Below, piece by piece: positions 9,294 through 19,200 of a stretch of 64,000 bases of DNA. Source of the DNA: Desulfobacula sp. (lineage in GTDB: Bacteria > Desulfobacterota > Desulfobacteria > Desulfobacterales > Desulfobacteraceae). Below the pieces are notes generated by a model. It saw only the letters and a list, made by a program, of their open reading frames with translations. It was not told the DNA's origin and did no database searches. A program made the translations under genes and the position numbers. How positions within the stretch are numbered: position 1 is the first letter of the stretch; each line of letters opens with the position of its first letter. The stretch spans positions 75 to 64,074 of the forward strand of contig VMSR01000302.1 of NCBI GenBank assembly GCA_013792075.1, written 5' to 3'.

Positions 9294-10094
9294 CTAATTA
9301 AGGGTCATGGTATTCACAACACCCTTAACACCGCGGACGTCACCCACAAGCTTGGTGGCCAATTCCTTTTCTGCTGCATTTTTCACATTGCCTTGCAGCT
9401 TGACCACACCGTCATTTGTCGTAACTATTGTATTCAGAGCGCTGGTTGAGCGATGATACATCAAGGTTGTCTTGGCCAGAGCCGTTATGGATGCATCATC
9501 CAAGAATTCCATAACACTATCGATTTTTTTGGCCACTTTTGACTGATCCGGCTTCATTTCAGCAGGTTTCATTGCAGCAGGTGCGAGGGTTATCTCATTA
9601 ATAACATTTTTGACCCCTTCCACATCCATGGCGTATTCTTTAGCCAGGTCCTTCTGGGCTGTGCTGGATGCTTTACCGCGCAAGGTGACGGTACCGTCTC
9701 CTACCCAAACCTCAATGCCCATACCATCCATGTTTCGATGAAACGAAAGGGTGGCTTTTACTTTGGTCAAGATCCATGCATCCGAATAAACAGCAGGTGT
9801 TTCGCTTGTTAATCCAAGCTTGTTATTTACACTTTTCACACCCGGTAGATTTGCTGCCATATCATTGGCCAGTGATTTCTGGAATTCTTCGGAAACCGTC
9901 CCGGTCAATATGACAGCGCCGTCTTTTGACTGGATGTGGATGTTTTCATCCTTGAGGTAGTGCTTGAACACGTACGACTCTTTTGCGGATGATTCGATAC
10001 GGTCATCAAAATCAGATGCGTACAGAACGTTGCCGGGTACACACAAAAAGGCAACAAGGCATATCTGTAAGAAACGTTGCAGTATCTTTTTCAT
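9294..10094 (-). CDS. periplasmic 3xBON-domain protein (paralog)
   Basis: 266-aa ORF with signal peptide MKKILQRFLQICLVAFLCVPGNVLYA and BON repeats. Close paralog of 34220-35005. Confidence 0.85.
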   Translation of the reverse strand: MKKILQRFLQICLVAFLCVPGNVLYASDFDDRIESSAKESYVFKHYLKDENIHIQSKDGAVILTGTVSEEFQKSLANDMAANLPGVKSVNNKLGLTSETPAVYSDAWILTKVKATLSFHRNMDGMGIEVWVGDGTVTLRGKASSTAQKDLAKEYAMDVEGVKNVINEITLAPAAMKPAEMKPDQSKVAKKIDSVMEFLDDASITALAKTTLMYHRSTSALNTIVTTNDGVVKLQGNVKNAAEKELATKLVGDVRGVKGVVNTMTLN

Positions 10095-10179
10095 GGTGTT
10101 TTCTCTCTTTCATTCTTGATGGTGCGGTTCACGTACCGATATGATTGATGCGAATTTTTTGTACAAAAAGTAAATAGGA

Positions 10180-10572
10180 TTATTTCATATCTTCCTTATT
10201 CGATGAAAACATATTGACAATGGTCTTGACAATTTCGCCGATCATCAGAGCATAGTTTGCCAGATATTCAGCAGTCTCATTGATTGTCAATACCGTATCA
10301 GTGGTTTCATGAGAAATGGTTCTGATGGCTTCACCCGCCTCTCCAATACTGTTTTTGAATTCCTCACTGATTCTTGCGGTGTTCTCTGAAATTTCATAAA
10401 GATTGGGAATGATCCGGTTAAAATGATCTGTGTTTCTTTGAATCAGATCTGTGGCTTTTTTGATAAAACCATTCATGTTTCTCAGGGTCACAATGGCATA
10501 TCCACCCGCCACTGCAATTAAAATAAAAATGATAAATATGCCCAGCTCATTCAAGGTAATGGATCCTTGCAT
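10180..10572 (-). CDS. DUF948-like membrane-anchored coiled-coil protein (general-stress type)
   Basis: 130-aa ORF with an ATG after AAGGA. One N-terminal TM helix (LGIFIIFILIAVAGGYAIV) is followed by an all-helical tail. The family call is by resemblance only. Confidence 0.55.
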   Translation of the reverse strand: MQGSITLNELGIFIIFILIAVAGGYAIVTLRNMNGFIKKATDLIQRNTDHFNRIIPNLYEISENTARISEEFKNSIGEAGEAIRTISHETTDTVLTINETAEYLANYALMIGEIVKTIVNMFSSNKEDMK

Positions 10573-10595
10573 AAGAGTATCCTTATTTTTGTGTT

Positions 10596-10961
10596 CTATT
10601 TTTTCAAAGTTTCTTTTCCGGTTCCATCGCTGTTCTCCCCGGCTTTAGGAGAACGGGATTTTTTTTCTGTTGATGCGGCAAATATTCTGGCCTTGGTTGC
10701 GGCCACATTGTCTTTAAGATTATTGACGGTTTTGCTGGTTCGATCGGCAATGGCTTGCCGGGTTTCGCTGCCTGGTTTCGGGGCGAACAGGATTCCGGCT
10801 GCAACCCCTATTGCAGATCCGATACCAGCCCCTATTATCAGATTTCTGGTTCTGTTTCGGCGTAAATCTTTTGTTCGTGAGTACCTTATTTTTTTTACCT
10901 GATTTGCCAATTCATTAAAAATCATCATGTGTTCTCCTGCTTTGATAATATTCATTAACAT
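10596..10961 (-). CDS. YtxH-domain general stress protein
   Basis: The ATG at 10961 is preceded by GAAGGAG. The core IIGAGIGSAIGVAAGILFAPKPGSETRQAIADRT matches the YtxH signature (G-rich helix + FAPKSGxETR). Confidence 0.75.
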   Translation of the reverse strand: MLMNIIKAGEHMMIFNELANQVKKIRYSRTKDLRRNRTRNLIIGAGIGSAIGVAAGILFAPKPGSETRQAIADRTSKTVNNLKDNVAATKARIFAASTEKKSRSPKAGENSDGTGKETLKK

Positions 10962-10990
10962 CGTTTGCTCCTTCGTTTGAGCGGTTTTTA

Positions 10991-11140
10991 CTACAAAATT
11001 CTCCGGCCCTGGATGATTCGGATAATCACGGTGATAACAGCTACCACCAGAAGGATATGGATAAATCCTCCCATGGTATAACTGCTTACCAATCCCAGCA
11101 TCCAAAGAATTAACAGTACTATTGTAATTGTCCACAACAT
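10991..11140 (-). CDS. lmo0937-family small membrane protein
   Basis: Product from the ATG at 11140: MLWTITIVLLILWMLGLVSSYTMGGFIHILLVVAVITVIIRIIQGRRIL. This is the characteristic MLWTI...GGxIHILLV...GRR pattern. Confidence 0.75.
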   Translation of the reverse strand: MLWTITIVLLILWMLGLVSSYTMGGFIHILLVVAVITVIIRIIQGRRIL

Positions 11141-11194
11141 GGTTTTTCCCTTATCGATTGTATAATTATGGTTCACAAATTATGTATTATATAG

Positions 11195-11210
11195 TTCAAT
11201 TTACGTGCCA
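11195..11210 (-). promoter_or_regulatory. sigma-54-type -24/-12 promoter-like element upstream of lmo0937-ytxH-DUF948-BON
   Basis: The minus strand reads TGGCACGTAAATTGAA. It is identical to the element at 35344-35359 and lies about 55 nt upstream of the ATG at 11140. Confidence 0.55.
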
Positions 11211-11300
11211 GGTTTTCAATATCCGGCTTATGATGCCACCCTGCTTATCTGCAGGGGTCTTCTGCATAAAAAGACCTTCAAGCAGCTGCCGGAGAAAGCA

Positions 11301-11341
11301 GGTAGAATAAGGTCATATATAACCTTCGGCCATATGTGACC
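11301..11341. promoter_or_regulatory. candidate UAS: GGTAGAAT-N2-GGTCATAT-N9-GGCCATATGTGACC
   Basis: Located 91-131 bp upstream of the -24/-12 element at 11195-11210. Conserved in the duplicated copy at 35449-35489. Confidence 0.55.
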
Positions 11342-11435
11342 TGCTTTGTCAGGGTCGTTGGTTATCAGACTTGCACAGGTGAGCGTGATGCTCCCAGGAC
11401 CCGTGATTGAAGTGCCTGGAGGGTTAATGTTATTT

Positions 11436-11615
11436 TTATTTGCCCAGCACTGTTTTAATCTGACCGCGTTTTTCCTGAACTTTTCCTTGCGTTTTTTCGA
11501 TTTTTCCTTCGGCTTCCAGATCACGATTGTCTGTTATTTTTCCAACCGTCTCTTTTATCTTGCCTTTTACTTTGTGCAGTTTGCCTTCTGTCTTGTCCTG
11601 AGTGCCTGATTTCAT
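11436..11615 (-). CDS. CsbD-family general stress protein (59 aa, below the ORF-track cutoff)
   Basis: My own translation from the ATG at 11615 (RBS GGAGAAG) gives MKSGTQDKTEGKLHKVKGKIKETVGKITDNRDLEAEGKIEKTQGKVQEKRGQIKTVLGK*. This is the typical CsbD K/G-rich repeat pattern. The listed 98-aa ORF at 11228-11524 is an off-frame artefact. Confidence 0.8.
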   Translation of the reverse strand: MKSGTQDKTEGKLHKVKGKIKETVGKITDNRDLEAEGKIEKTQGKVQEKRGQIKTVLGK

Positions 11616-11704
11616 AATGCTTCTCCTGTTTTGAAATTATTTTTTTTTGCCATGGATATCGCTCGTTGGTTTGCCGCTATCCATGGTGATTTTCTTTCAT
11701 ATAT

Positions 11705-11720
11705 GGCAATCAGTGTGCCA
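11705..11720 (-). promoter_or_regulatory. sigma-54 -24/-12 promoter upstream of csbD-like gene
   Basis: The minus strand reads TGGCACACTGATTGCC, which fits the TGGCAC-N5-TTGC consensus exactly. It lies about 90 nt upstream of the ATG at 11615. Confidence 0.7.
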
Positions 11721-11823
11721 GGGTTCAAAAATTTCGGAATTACTTTACCCATCATATTGATTTTTTAGCACAAATAATCACAACTTGCGGTTTCAAAGAA
11801 ATTATCAGCAACCCAATATAAAA

Positions 11824-11855
11824 GGTCATATATACTCAAAAGGTCATATCTGGCC
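11824..11855. promoter_or_regulatory. candidate UAS: GGTCATAT-N10-GGTCATATCTGGCC, between divergent promoter-like elements
   Basis: It is 104-135 bp from the minus-strand promoter at 11705-11720. It is also 92-123 bp from the plus-strand TGGCAC element at 11947-11962. Confidence 0.5.
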
Positions 11856-11946
11856 CATTTTTTATACTGTTTTTAAGGGTGTCCCGGAAACTTCTTTTTG
11901 CCGATTCTTCATAAAAATTAGGCGGATGGCGGATGTTATGCAGGGC

Positions 11947-11962
11947 TGGCACACAAAGTGAA
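11947..11962 (+). promoter_or_regulatory. weak sigma-54-like -24/-12 element upstream of the lipid operon
   Basis: The plus strand reads TGGCACACAAAGTGAA. The -24 is perfect and the -12 is degenerate (GTGA). It lies about 90 nt upstream of the ATG at 12053. Confidence 0.35.
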
Positions 11963-12052
11963 TATAACCCTTATATATCGTGAATCCATAAGGGTTATTG
12001 TTAAAGGTTACCTGTATCAGGCGGTGTTTTTTTCCCGTTGGGGAGTATAATT

Positions 12053-13183
12053 ATGGCCGGCATTGAGATCATTACCGTGGAAGGGGGATCTAAATTAAGA
12101 GACTTCATAGATCTGCCCTGGAAGATCTATGTCCCGTATCCCAAATGGGTTCCTCCGCTCAAAAAAGAAGTCCGTCGGCTGCTGGACCCCCTTAAGCATC
12201 CTTTCTGGGAGTTTTCCGAGCGCATTCTTTTCCTGGCACGGCGGGGTAAAAAGACGGTAGGAAGGATTGCGGGCATCATAGATGACCATTATAACCAGTT
12301 CCATAACGAAAAGATGGGTATCTGGGGATTTTTTGAATGTGCGGATGATCCGGAAGCCGCGGCAGCTCTTTTTTCTTCCGTGGAGGGGTGGATTCACAAC
12401 AAGGGAATGACCTTTATAAGAGGTCCTCTCAACCCGTCCACCAATCACGAGGCCGGTTTGCTAATTGAGGGTTTCGATTATCCGCCCTCCTTGATGATGC
12501 CCTATAACCCGCCTTACTATTCACGGCTGATCGAATCTTGCGGTTATGTCAAAGAAAAAGATCTGCTCTCTTTTCTTATGGACAGCGATTACAAGCTTCC
12601 CGGGTGGATGGATAATCTTGCCGGCAAGATCGCCAAAAAAAAGGGGGTCCGCATCACCCACTTTGACCCAAAGAATGCAGACGCTGAGTTTGCGCTGATC
12701 CGGCAGATATATAACGATGCCTGGTCCGATAACTGGGGGTTTGTTCCTTTGAGCGAGAATGAGATGCAGGACATAGGCAAGGACATGATGGAATTTGTAG
12801 ATCCGGACATGGCGTTTTTCATCTATCATGAGGATGAGCCCGCAGCCTTCTGCCTGATCTTTCCCGACATCAATCCCTTGCTCAAGCGTTTCAACGGGCG
12901 GGTCGGACTGCTGGGGGTGTTGAAGTATTTCCTGTACAAAAAGGAGATTAAAGGATTGCGGTTGCTTATGTTTGGGATCAAGGAGAAATACCGGCAACTG
13001 GGGTTTCCCCTGCTGGCCTTCCACCATATCTATGAAGTTGTGAGGAAAAAAGAGAAATATCAGTATATGGAAATGGGCTGGACACTGGAGGACAATGAGG
13101 CGATCAACGAATTGATAGAGGAAGCCGGTGCAAAAAAATACAAAAAATATCGCATATTCAAAAAAGTTTTTATCATAAATTAA
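12053..13183 (+). CDS. GNAT-like N-acyltransferase superfamily protein (function unknown)
   Basis: The ATG at 12053 is 8 nt after GGGGAG. The N-terminal pattern LRDFIDLPWKIYVPYPKWVPPLKKEV...FLARRGKKTVGRIAGII recalls a widespread family of roughly 380-aa proteins annotated as GNAT acetyltransferases. This is a recognition-level call only. Confidence 0.55.
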   Translation: MAGIEIITVEGGSKLRDFIDLPWKIYVPYPKWVPPLKKEVRRLLDPLKHPFWEFSERILFLARRGKKTVGRIAGIIDDHYNQFHNEKMGIWGFFECADDPEAAAALFSSVEGWIHNKGMTFIRGPLNPSTNHEAGLLIEGFDYPPSLMMPYNPPYYSRLIESCGYVKEKDLLSFLMDSDYKLPGWMDNLAGKIAKKKGVRITHFDPKNADAEFALIRQIYNDAWSDNWGFVPLSENEMQDIGKDMMEFVDPDMAFFIYHEDEPAAFCLIFPDINPLLKRFNGRVGLLGVLKYFLYKKEIKGLRLLMFGIKEKYRQLGFPLLAFHHIYEVVRKKEKYQYMEMGWTLEDNEAINELIEEAGAKKYKKYRIFKKVFIIN

Positions 13184-13214
13184 ACGTATGGCTTAAAAGC
13201 AAAAGGATTTTAAC

Positions 13215-16200
13215 ATGTCGGCTGAGCATCAAAATTCCATTATCGGTTTTATCTGGCGGCCTGAGGAGATCACCCCGGCGGTGGTTCAGATGGTTCAGCG
13301 AACAGGGAGCCATGCTGTCTTCGATTTTTCCATGATAAAGGGAGCAGACGATCTGTATTCCTGCCTGCGGGAAACAGACCCTGATGATCTTGTCAGGGAT
13401 ATTAAAATTTCCGCCACGGCCTTTACGGATCCGTCTCTGGTTCGGGTATTAAAGAAAACAGGGGTCCACGCCCTCTGGGTAGAGTGCCCCCTTGAGGTTT
13501 CTGACGGAGATACCTCCTTGTTTATAGAAAAGCTTAAGGAAATTTCCAAAAGTTATTGCTGCTTTCCCATCACCGGGGACACCGATCTTGTGGCAAAAAT
13601 ATTAAAGGATGACCCGGGCATCGGGCGAATCGTTCTGAAAGGATGTGAGGCCGCAGGATTCGTGGGCCGTGAGACGACCATGGCGCTCTATTCAATGGCC
13701 AGAGAAATGCTCAGGGCTTCTTCAACGCCTTGTGATATTCTCATCTGGGGCGGTGTCTTTATCCCTGAGGCAGCAGCGGCATTTCTGTCAACCGGGGCGG
13801 CCGGGATCATCTTTGAGAGTGTCCATTGGTTGACCGATGGGGTTAAAATTGAAGATTCCCAGCGAGAGTGTCTCCGCCGGATCCATCCGGATTCCACTGA
13901 TCTGGTCGGCCTGGACGTGCAGGTTCCCTGCCGTCTGTTCAACAAGGGAAATTCCCTCGCATTCAAGGAAATCAAGGCTTACGAGGACTCGCTCTGCGGT
14001 GCAACGATCCTGGCCCAAGACCGCCACGGTTTTGCAAACCGGGTGAATGCTAAGGCCGTTCACCCCCTGAAGAGCCTTTTTAGCCGGGACGAAGTCATTT
14101 TTCTGGGTGTGGAAGCGGCTTTTGCCGAGTCCTTTATTAACCGTTTTGGAACCCAGACCGAGGAAGCGGTGCGAGCGTTCATGGACGAAATTCATGGGTT
14201 ATGCAACCTGGCCGAAGAAAAAAAGAAGTGTTTTCTGGACAGTCCTGTGGCCAAAGAGATGGGAATCCTATACCCCTTTATTCAGGGCGCCATGTCCTGG
14301 ATCACGGATGTTCCTGAGTTTGCCCTGGGGGTCGCCGATGCCGGTGGATTGCCCACCATCGCCCTTGGCCTGATGGACGCTGAAATGCTTGACAAAAAGC
14401 TTGGATGTCTGCCGAAGATCATGGGCGAGCGCCCATATGCCGTGAATGTGGTCGCTTTGGCGGAAAATCCTTTCAGGGGATTGCATCTGGCCTGGATAAA
14501 AAAGCATAGACCCCGTTTTGCAGTGATTGCAGGCGGTGATGTTTCCGTCATCGGTGAATTGATGGAAAGCGGCATTGATGTCATTTATATCGCTCCGGAT
14601 GAAGCACTATTGAAGCTCGCCCTCAAAGCAGGCGTCCGATATGTGATCTGCGAGGGGTATGAGGCCGGGGGCCATGTGGGACCGCATAGCACGCTTACCC
14701 TTGCACAAATGGTGCTGGATCTGAAACAATCCACCCCATCCCTGTTCAAAAACTGTCGCATAATCCTTGCCGGGGGAATTTTTAACCGGGAAACCGCGTT
14801 TATGGCAGCCATGCTCGGAGCCGACGCCATCCAGATGGGTACCGCCTATCTGGCCACACGGGAAATTGTTGACACAGGCGCCTTGGCACCCCTTTATCAG
14901 CAGATGATCCTGAAATCACTTCCGGCAGGAACCGTTGTTTCCGGCCGGAACACCGGCCTTAGGGTAAGGTCCCTGAGAACCCCGGTGGTGGAAGTTATGT
15001 TATCCCTGGAAAGGGAGTTTGCCGCAGGACACCGGGACGAGACCTCTTTCAGGGTGAGTATGGAAAAAATGGCGGCCGGAAGCCTTTTCACTGCTGCAAG
15101 GGGTATGGACAGGCCGGGAGAGGCACTTCTAGATGAAAAAACCTGTCTGGAACGCGGACAATTCATGAGCGGGGCATGTGCCGGGCTCATCCGTGACGTC
15201 GATAATCTGAAGTCCTTTCACCGTGAACTGGTCCAGGGCCCTCTTCATATGCATCAGCCGGTTGCAGGCGCCTTGGAAACACCATTGAAAATACCGGTCG
15301 CTGGGGTCAAAAATACACTGAATCAAGTCATACCCAAAAGAGAGAATCATGACAGAATTGCCATCACCGGCATGAGCATCGTTAATACCCTGGGGGAAAG
15401 CCCGGAAGAAGTCTGGGCTGCAAGCCTGGCCATGAAGAGCGGAATCACTCTGGTTCCGCCGTCACGGTGGGATCATGCCCTGTATTATGACGCCCGTCCC
15501 CATACTCCAGACAAGACGTATTGCAAAGTGGGGGCTTTTCTGGACTTTCGTGTCGACCGCAATGAACTTAACATTCCTCCCCATGATTTCAGGAGTATGA
15601 CCGAGGCCACACGGATTTCCATGTGGCTTGCGGACAGGGCCATCCGGGAATCCGGTATTCTGACATCGGACATCCCGCGGGAGAGAATAGCCGTCCTCAT
15701 GTCCCAGAATTCGGGAGAAGCGGCAGGGACGCTTCCCAATATTATTATCAGGGCATACGTTAACGACATCCTGGCCGGAATCAAACAGGCCGTTGACCTC
15801 ACACCGGGTCAACACAGAGCCATCGAACAGGAAATAAAATCCGGGCGTATGGCCCCGGACGATACCACCCTGTTGGGCCGGCTCAACTGCGCTGCCGCCG
15901 GTTTTATCTGCAAACAGTATGGGTTCATGGGGCCGAGCTATGCTGTATCCGCAGCCTGCGCAACCTCACTTGTAGCACTTCACTGCGCCATCCAGATGAT
16001 CCAAAACGGCATCATAGACGCAGCCGTCGTGGGAGGGGGCGAGGATACGCTCAGCCATCTGCATTTTCTGGAATTTTCCGCCCTGGACGCACTTTACGGG
16101 TTGTCCGGGCAGGAAAAATCTGCCCATGAGACCTCTTGCCCTTTTGATGCACAAAGAGACGGGATGGTCCTTGGCGAAGGCGGGGCAATGATTGTTATTG

Positions 16201-19200
16201 AGCGGGAAAGCCTTGCCCGGGCAAGAGGGGCCCTTGTTCATGCCTTTGTGACCGGCATGGGCGCCAGCAATAACCATCTGGGGATGGTGGAGTCTTCCAA
16301 TGTCTCCCAGCAGATGGCCATTCGCGCCTCTTTTAAGGGAACATCCTATGGACCGGATGCCGTGGATCTTGTGGAATGCCATGCCACGAGCACCCGCCAG
16401 GGAGACCTGGAGGAGGTCCGTGCCCTGAAGGCGATCTTTCCTTCCTCCAAGCGCACCGTGCTCAGTGCATTTAAATCCCAGATCGGACACACACTGGGTG
16501 CCTCGGGTATCAGTAGCCTTATTCGGGGGGTGAAGGCCATGAAGGCTAAAATTTTACCGCTCACCCTTAATTACAGTCATCCGGACCCGGAAATCAATCT
16601 GGAAAAATCAGGTCTTATCATCTCCCCTGCGCCGCTGGATTGGAAAAGCCGCACCGGGGAACCCAGAAGGCTTGAAGTCAATGCGTTTGGTTTTGGCGGT
16701 TCCAATTATGTGGTCCAGGTGGAACAATCTATGGATGAAGTGGATATGGTCATGGTTTCCCATAAACCGCAAACGGTATCGGCCCATGAAGATTTGAAAG
16801 TTGTGCCCCTTGCCCTTGTCTTCCCCGGACAGGGGGCACAGTATGGCGGTATGGGACAAGAACTCTATGCGTCTTTTCCCATTATTAAAGAATGGATGGA
16901 TCGGGCTGCAGCCGTTGCAGACTTTGATCTCCTTGGCCTGATGTTCCATGATCAAGAGGAAAATCTTCAGAAGACCCGATGGCAGCAGCCTGCCATGTTT
17001 GCCATGGAAAATGCCATGGCCCGATATCTCATCAGCCTCGGCATCCGCCCGGTGGCCATGGCCGGTCACAGTCTGGGCGAATTGACTGCCTTGTGTCTGG
17101 CCGGTGTCTATTCCCCGGAGGATGGGTTTCGAATCGTGAACAAGCGGGCCCTGTGCATGGACAAAGCCGCTTCCGAGAATATCGATCCCGGTGTCATGGC
17201 AGCCACGGACGCGCCTCTGGATCTGCTGAAAAAAATGATCCAGGATTGCAATGATATCCACATCGGTAATATCAATTCACCCAAGCAGATTGTTTTAAGC
17301 GGCAATACACAAGAGATGAGGGATTTTAGCAAAAAATTGAAGGAACAGGGTCACCGGACCACCCTTCTGCGTGTCAGCATGGCCTTCCACTCTCCTGCCA
17401 TGAAGGTCATCCATGATGAACTTGCAGCATACATTGCCGCCATTGAATTTCATTCCCCGCAGATTCCGGTCATCTCCAACACGACCCAGATACCGTATCC
17501 GTCAGACCCTGATGAGATCAAAAAAATCCTCATGGCCCACCTGGAATCCCCCGTCCATTGGATGGATAATGTCCAGAGTCTTTGGAATACCTATGGGGCA
17601 AGGCTTTTTGTTGAGGTGGGACCGGGTGACGTATTGAGCAATCTCATCGCAGACACGCTTCCCGGATCAGCGTGTATCCAGACATGCCTTCGGTCCTCAG
17701 AGGGGTTGACCTTCAAGGCTGCCCTTGCCCAGCTCTTTGCCCAAGGGCAGCTTAAAGTTAAAGGAGAACCAAAGGGTATTCTTCTTCCTGCACTCAAAAA
17801 AACTCAGGAACCTCTTCGGATCATACCGGCATTGGCCTTACGGCCGCAAACATCCCTGCATCCGGATGAAAATCCCATGGAACAGATCATTCAAAGGGAA
17901 ATCAACCGGTTCGTCATGGAGAATTCCGGCCAGTTTCTTAAGTCCAACATTTTGGAAGCCATCCGCCATGAACTGAACCCGAAATTCAAAGAAGGCGACC
18001 TGTCAAGTGTTATCAAATCCATGTTCGGAGGGTTTGAGCCTCCTGAAGGATTGAAACTGCTTGCTCCTGTATCTGTTGAACCATCCGGCCCTGCTGCTGG
18101 GGGTGAAGATATCATGGAGAAACTTATTCGAATTATTATGGATGCGACCGGATATAATAGAGACGAGATCCAGCCCGACATGGATCTTCGGAAGGACCTT
18201 TCCATTCGATCCAGCCGTCTGCCCATCATCATGGATGCAGCAGAACACCAATTCGGGATCACCATTGAACTGGAGGATTTTATAGATGTCCGTACCGTGA
18301 ATGACATTGCCCTGGGGATCTCCAAAATAACTGCCCGGCAGGAAAACAACAGACGGCAAGAGTCCTCAGAGGCACTTGACCCGGACACCCTGCCAGATGA
18401 ACACCTGAAATCCTCAACAGATGCGGCAAGCTTAAATCGGCTCGTATTCGCGGATGCCGCAATAGAGTTGGGCGCTTTAATCCCCATGGAATTGAGTCCG
18501 GGCGAATCCGTCCTTTTTCTCTCTTCTGACCAGGATGACAAGATTGCCCAACGCACAGGGGACATTCTCAGGACAGACTACCGGGTTAAGACGTTTCCAA
18601 TGGGAGTCCTGCAGGAAAGCCTGGATTCCGGCAAAACGGGTCACGACATCCGAACCGAAAAAGGGGCCTTGCAGGCTGCAGATAAAATTGCAACCCTGCT
18701 TCCTGTTTCCGGGATGGTCATCACCCTTGGTCAGGACGGGCCGATAATATCAAGCAGCATGGCGGATGTTTCCCAGCTCCTTAAGGGATTCTTTGTCCTG
18801 CTTAAGGCATTTCTTGAATCACCGGCTAAAAAATTTATCCTGTTGATTCATTCCGGAGAGGATATTGAAACGCCTGTCCGGTTGCTGACCCAAGGAATGC
18901 TCGGATTATTCTTAAGCGCGGCCCAGGAATACCCATCCATCCAGTTTAGAACACTGGCAATCGAGAAAGATACCGATCTTCAAAAAGCCGTGCACAATGC
19001 TCTGGATAGAGGTTGTAAACTAGTGGAGATGATTCATCAAGATGGAAAGCTTCTCACGTCAGAGGGAGGTTTAGCCCCATCGATTTTCAGGGATTCATCA
19101 GGTCTGAACCTGAATCCTGGGAGTGTTATCGTGATGTCCGGGGGCGCAACCGGGATCAGCGCCTATCTTGCCCGCGGTCTTGCTCCTTTCATGCCACGTC

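Larger units (their letters stand above)
9294..11345. repeat. segmental duplication, copy 1 (BON - DUF948 - YtxH - lmo0937 - promoter - UAS)
   Basis: Collinear nucleotide similarity to 34220-35490 is visible by eye through the BON gene, its leader, the lmo0937 gene, the -24/-12 element and the UAS. Confidence 0.8.

Noticed and set aside
10095-10179. CGGTACGTGAACCGCA (minus strand) between the DUF948 and BON genes as an internal sigma-54 promoter.
   Set aside because: Both the -24 (GGTAC) and -12 (CCGCA) deviate. It is not conserved in the duplicated copy and no UAS motif is upstream.
11228-11609. ORF-track entries 11228-11524 (-) and 11346-11609 (+).
   Set aside because: Both are off-frame or antisense shadows of the 59-aa CsbD-like gene at 11436-11615, which has an RBS and a family-typical sequence.
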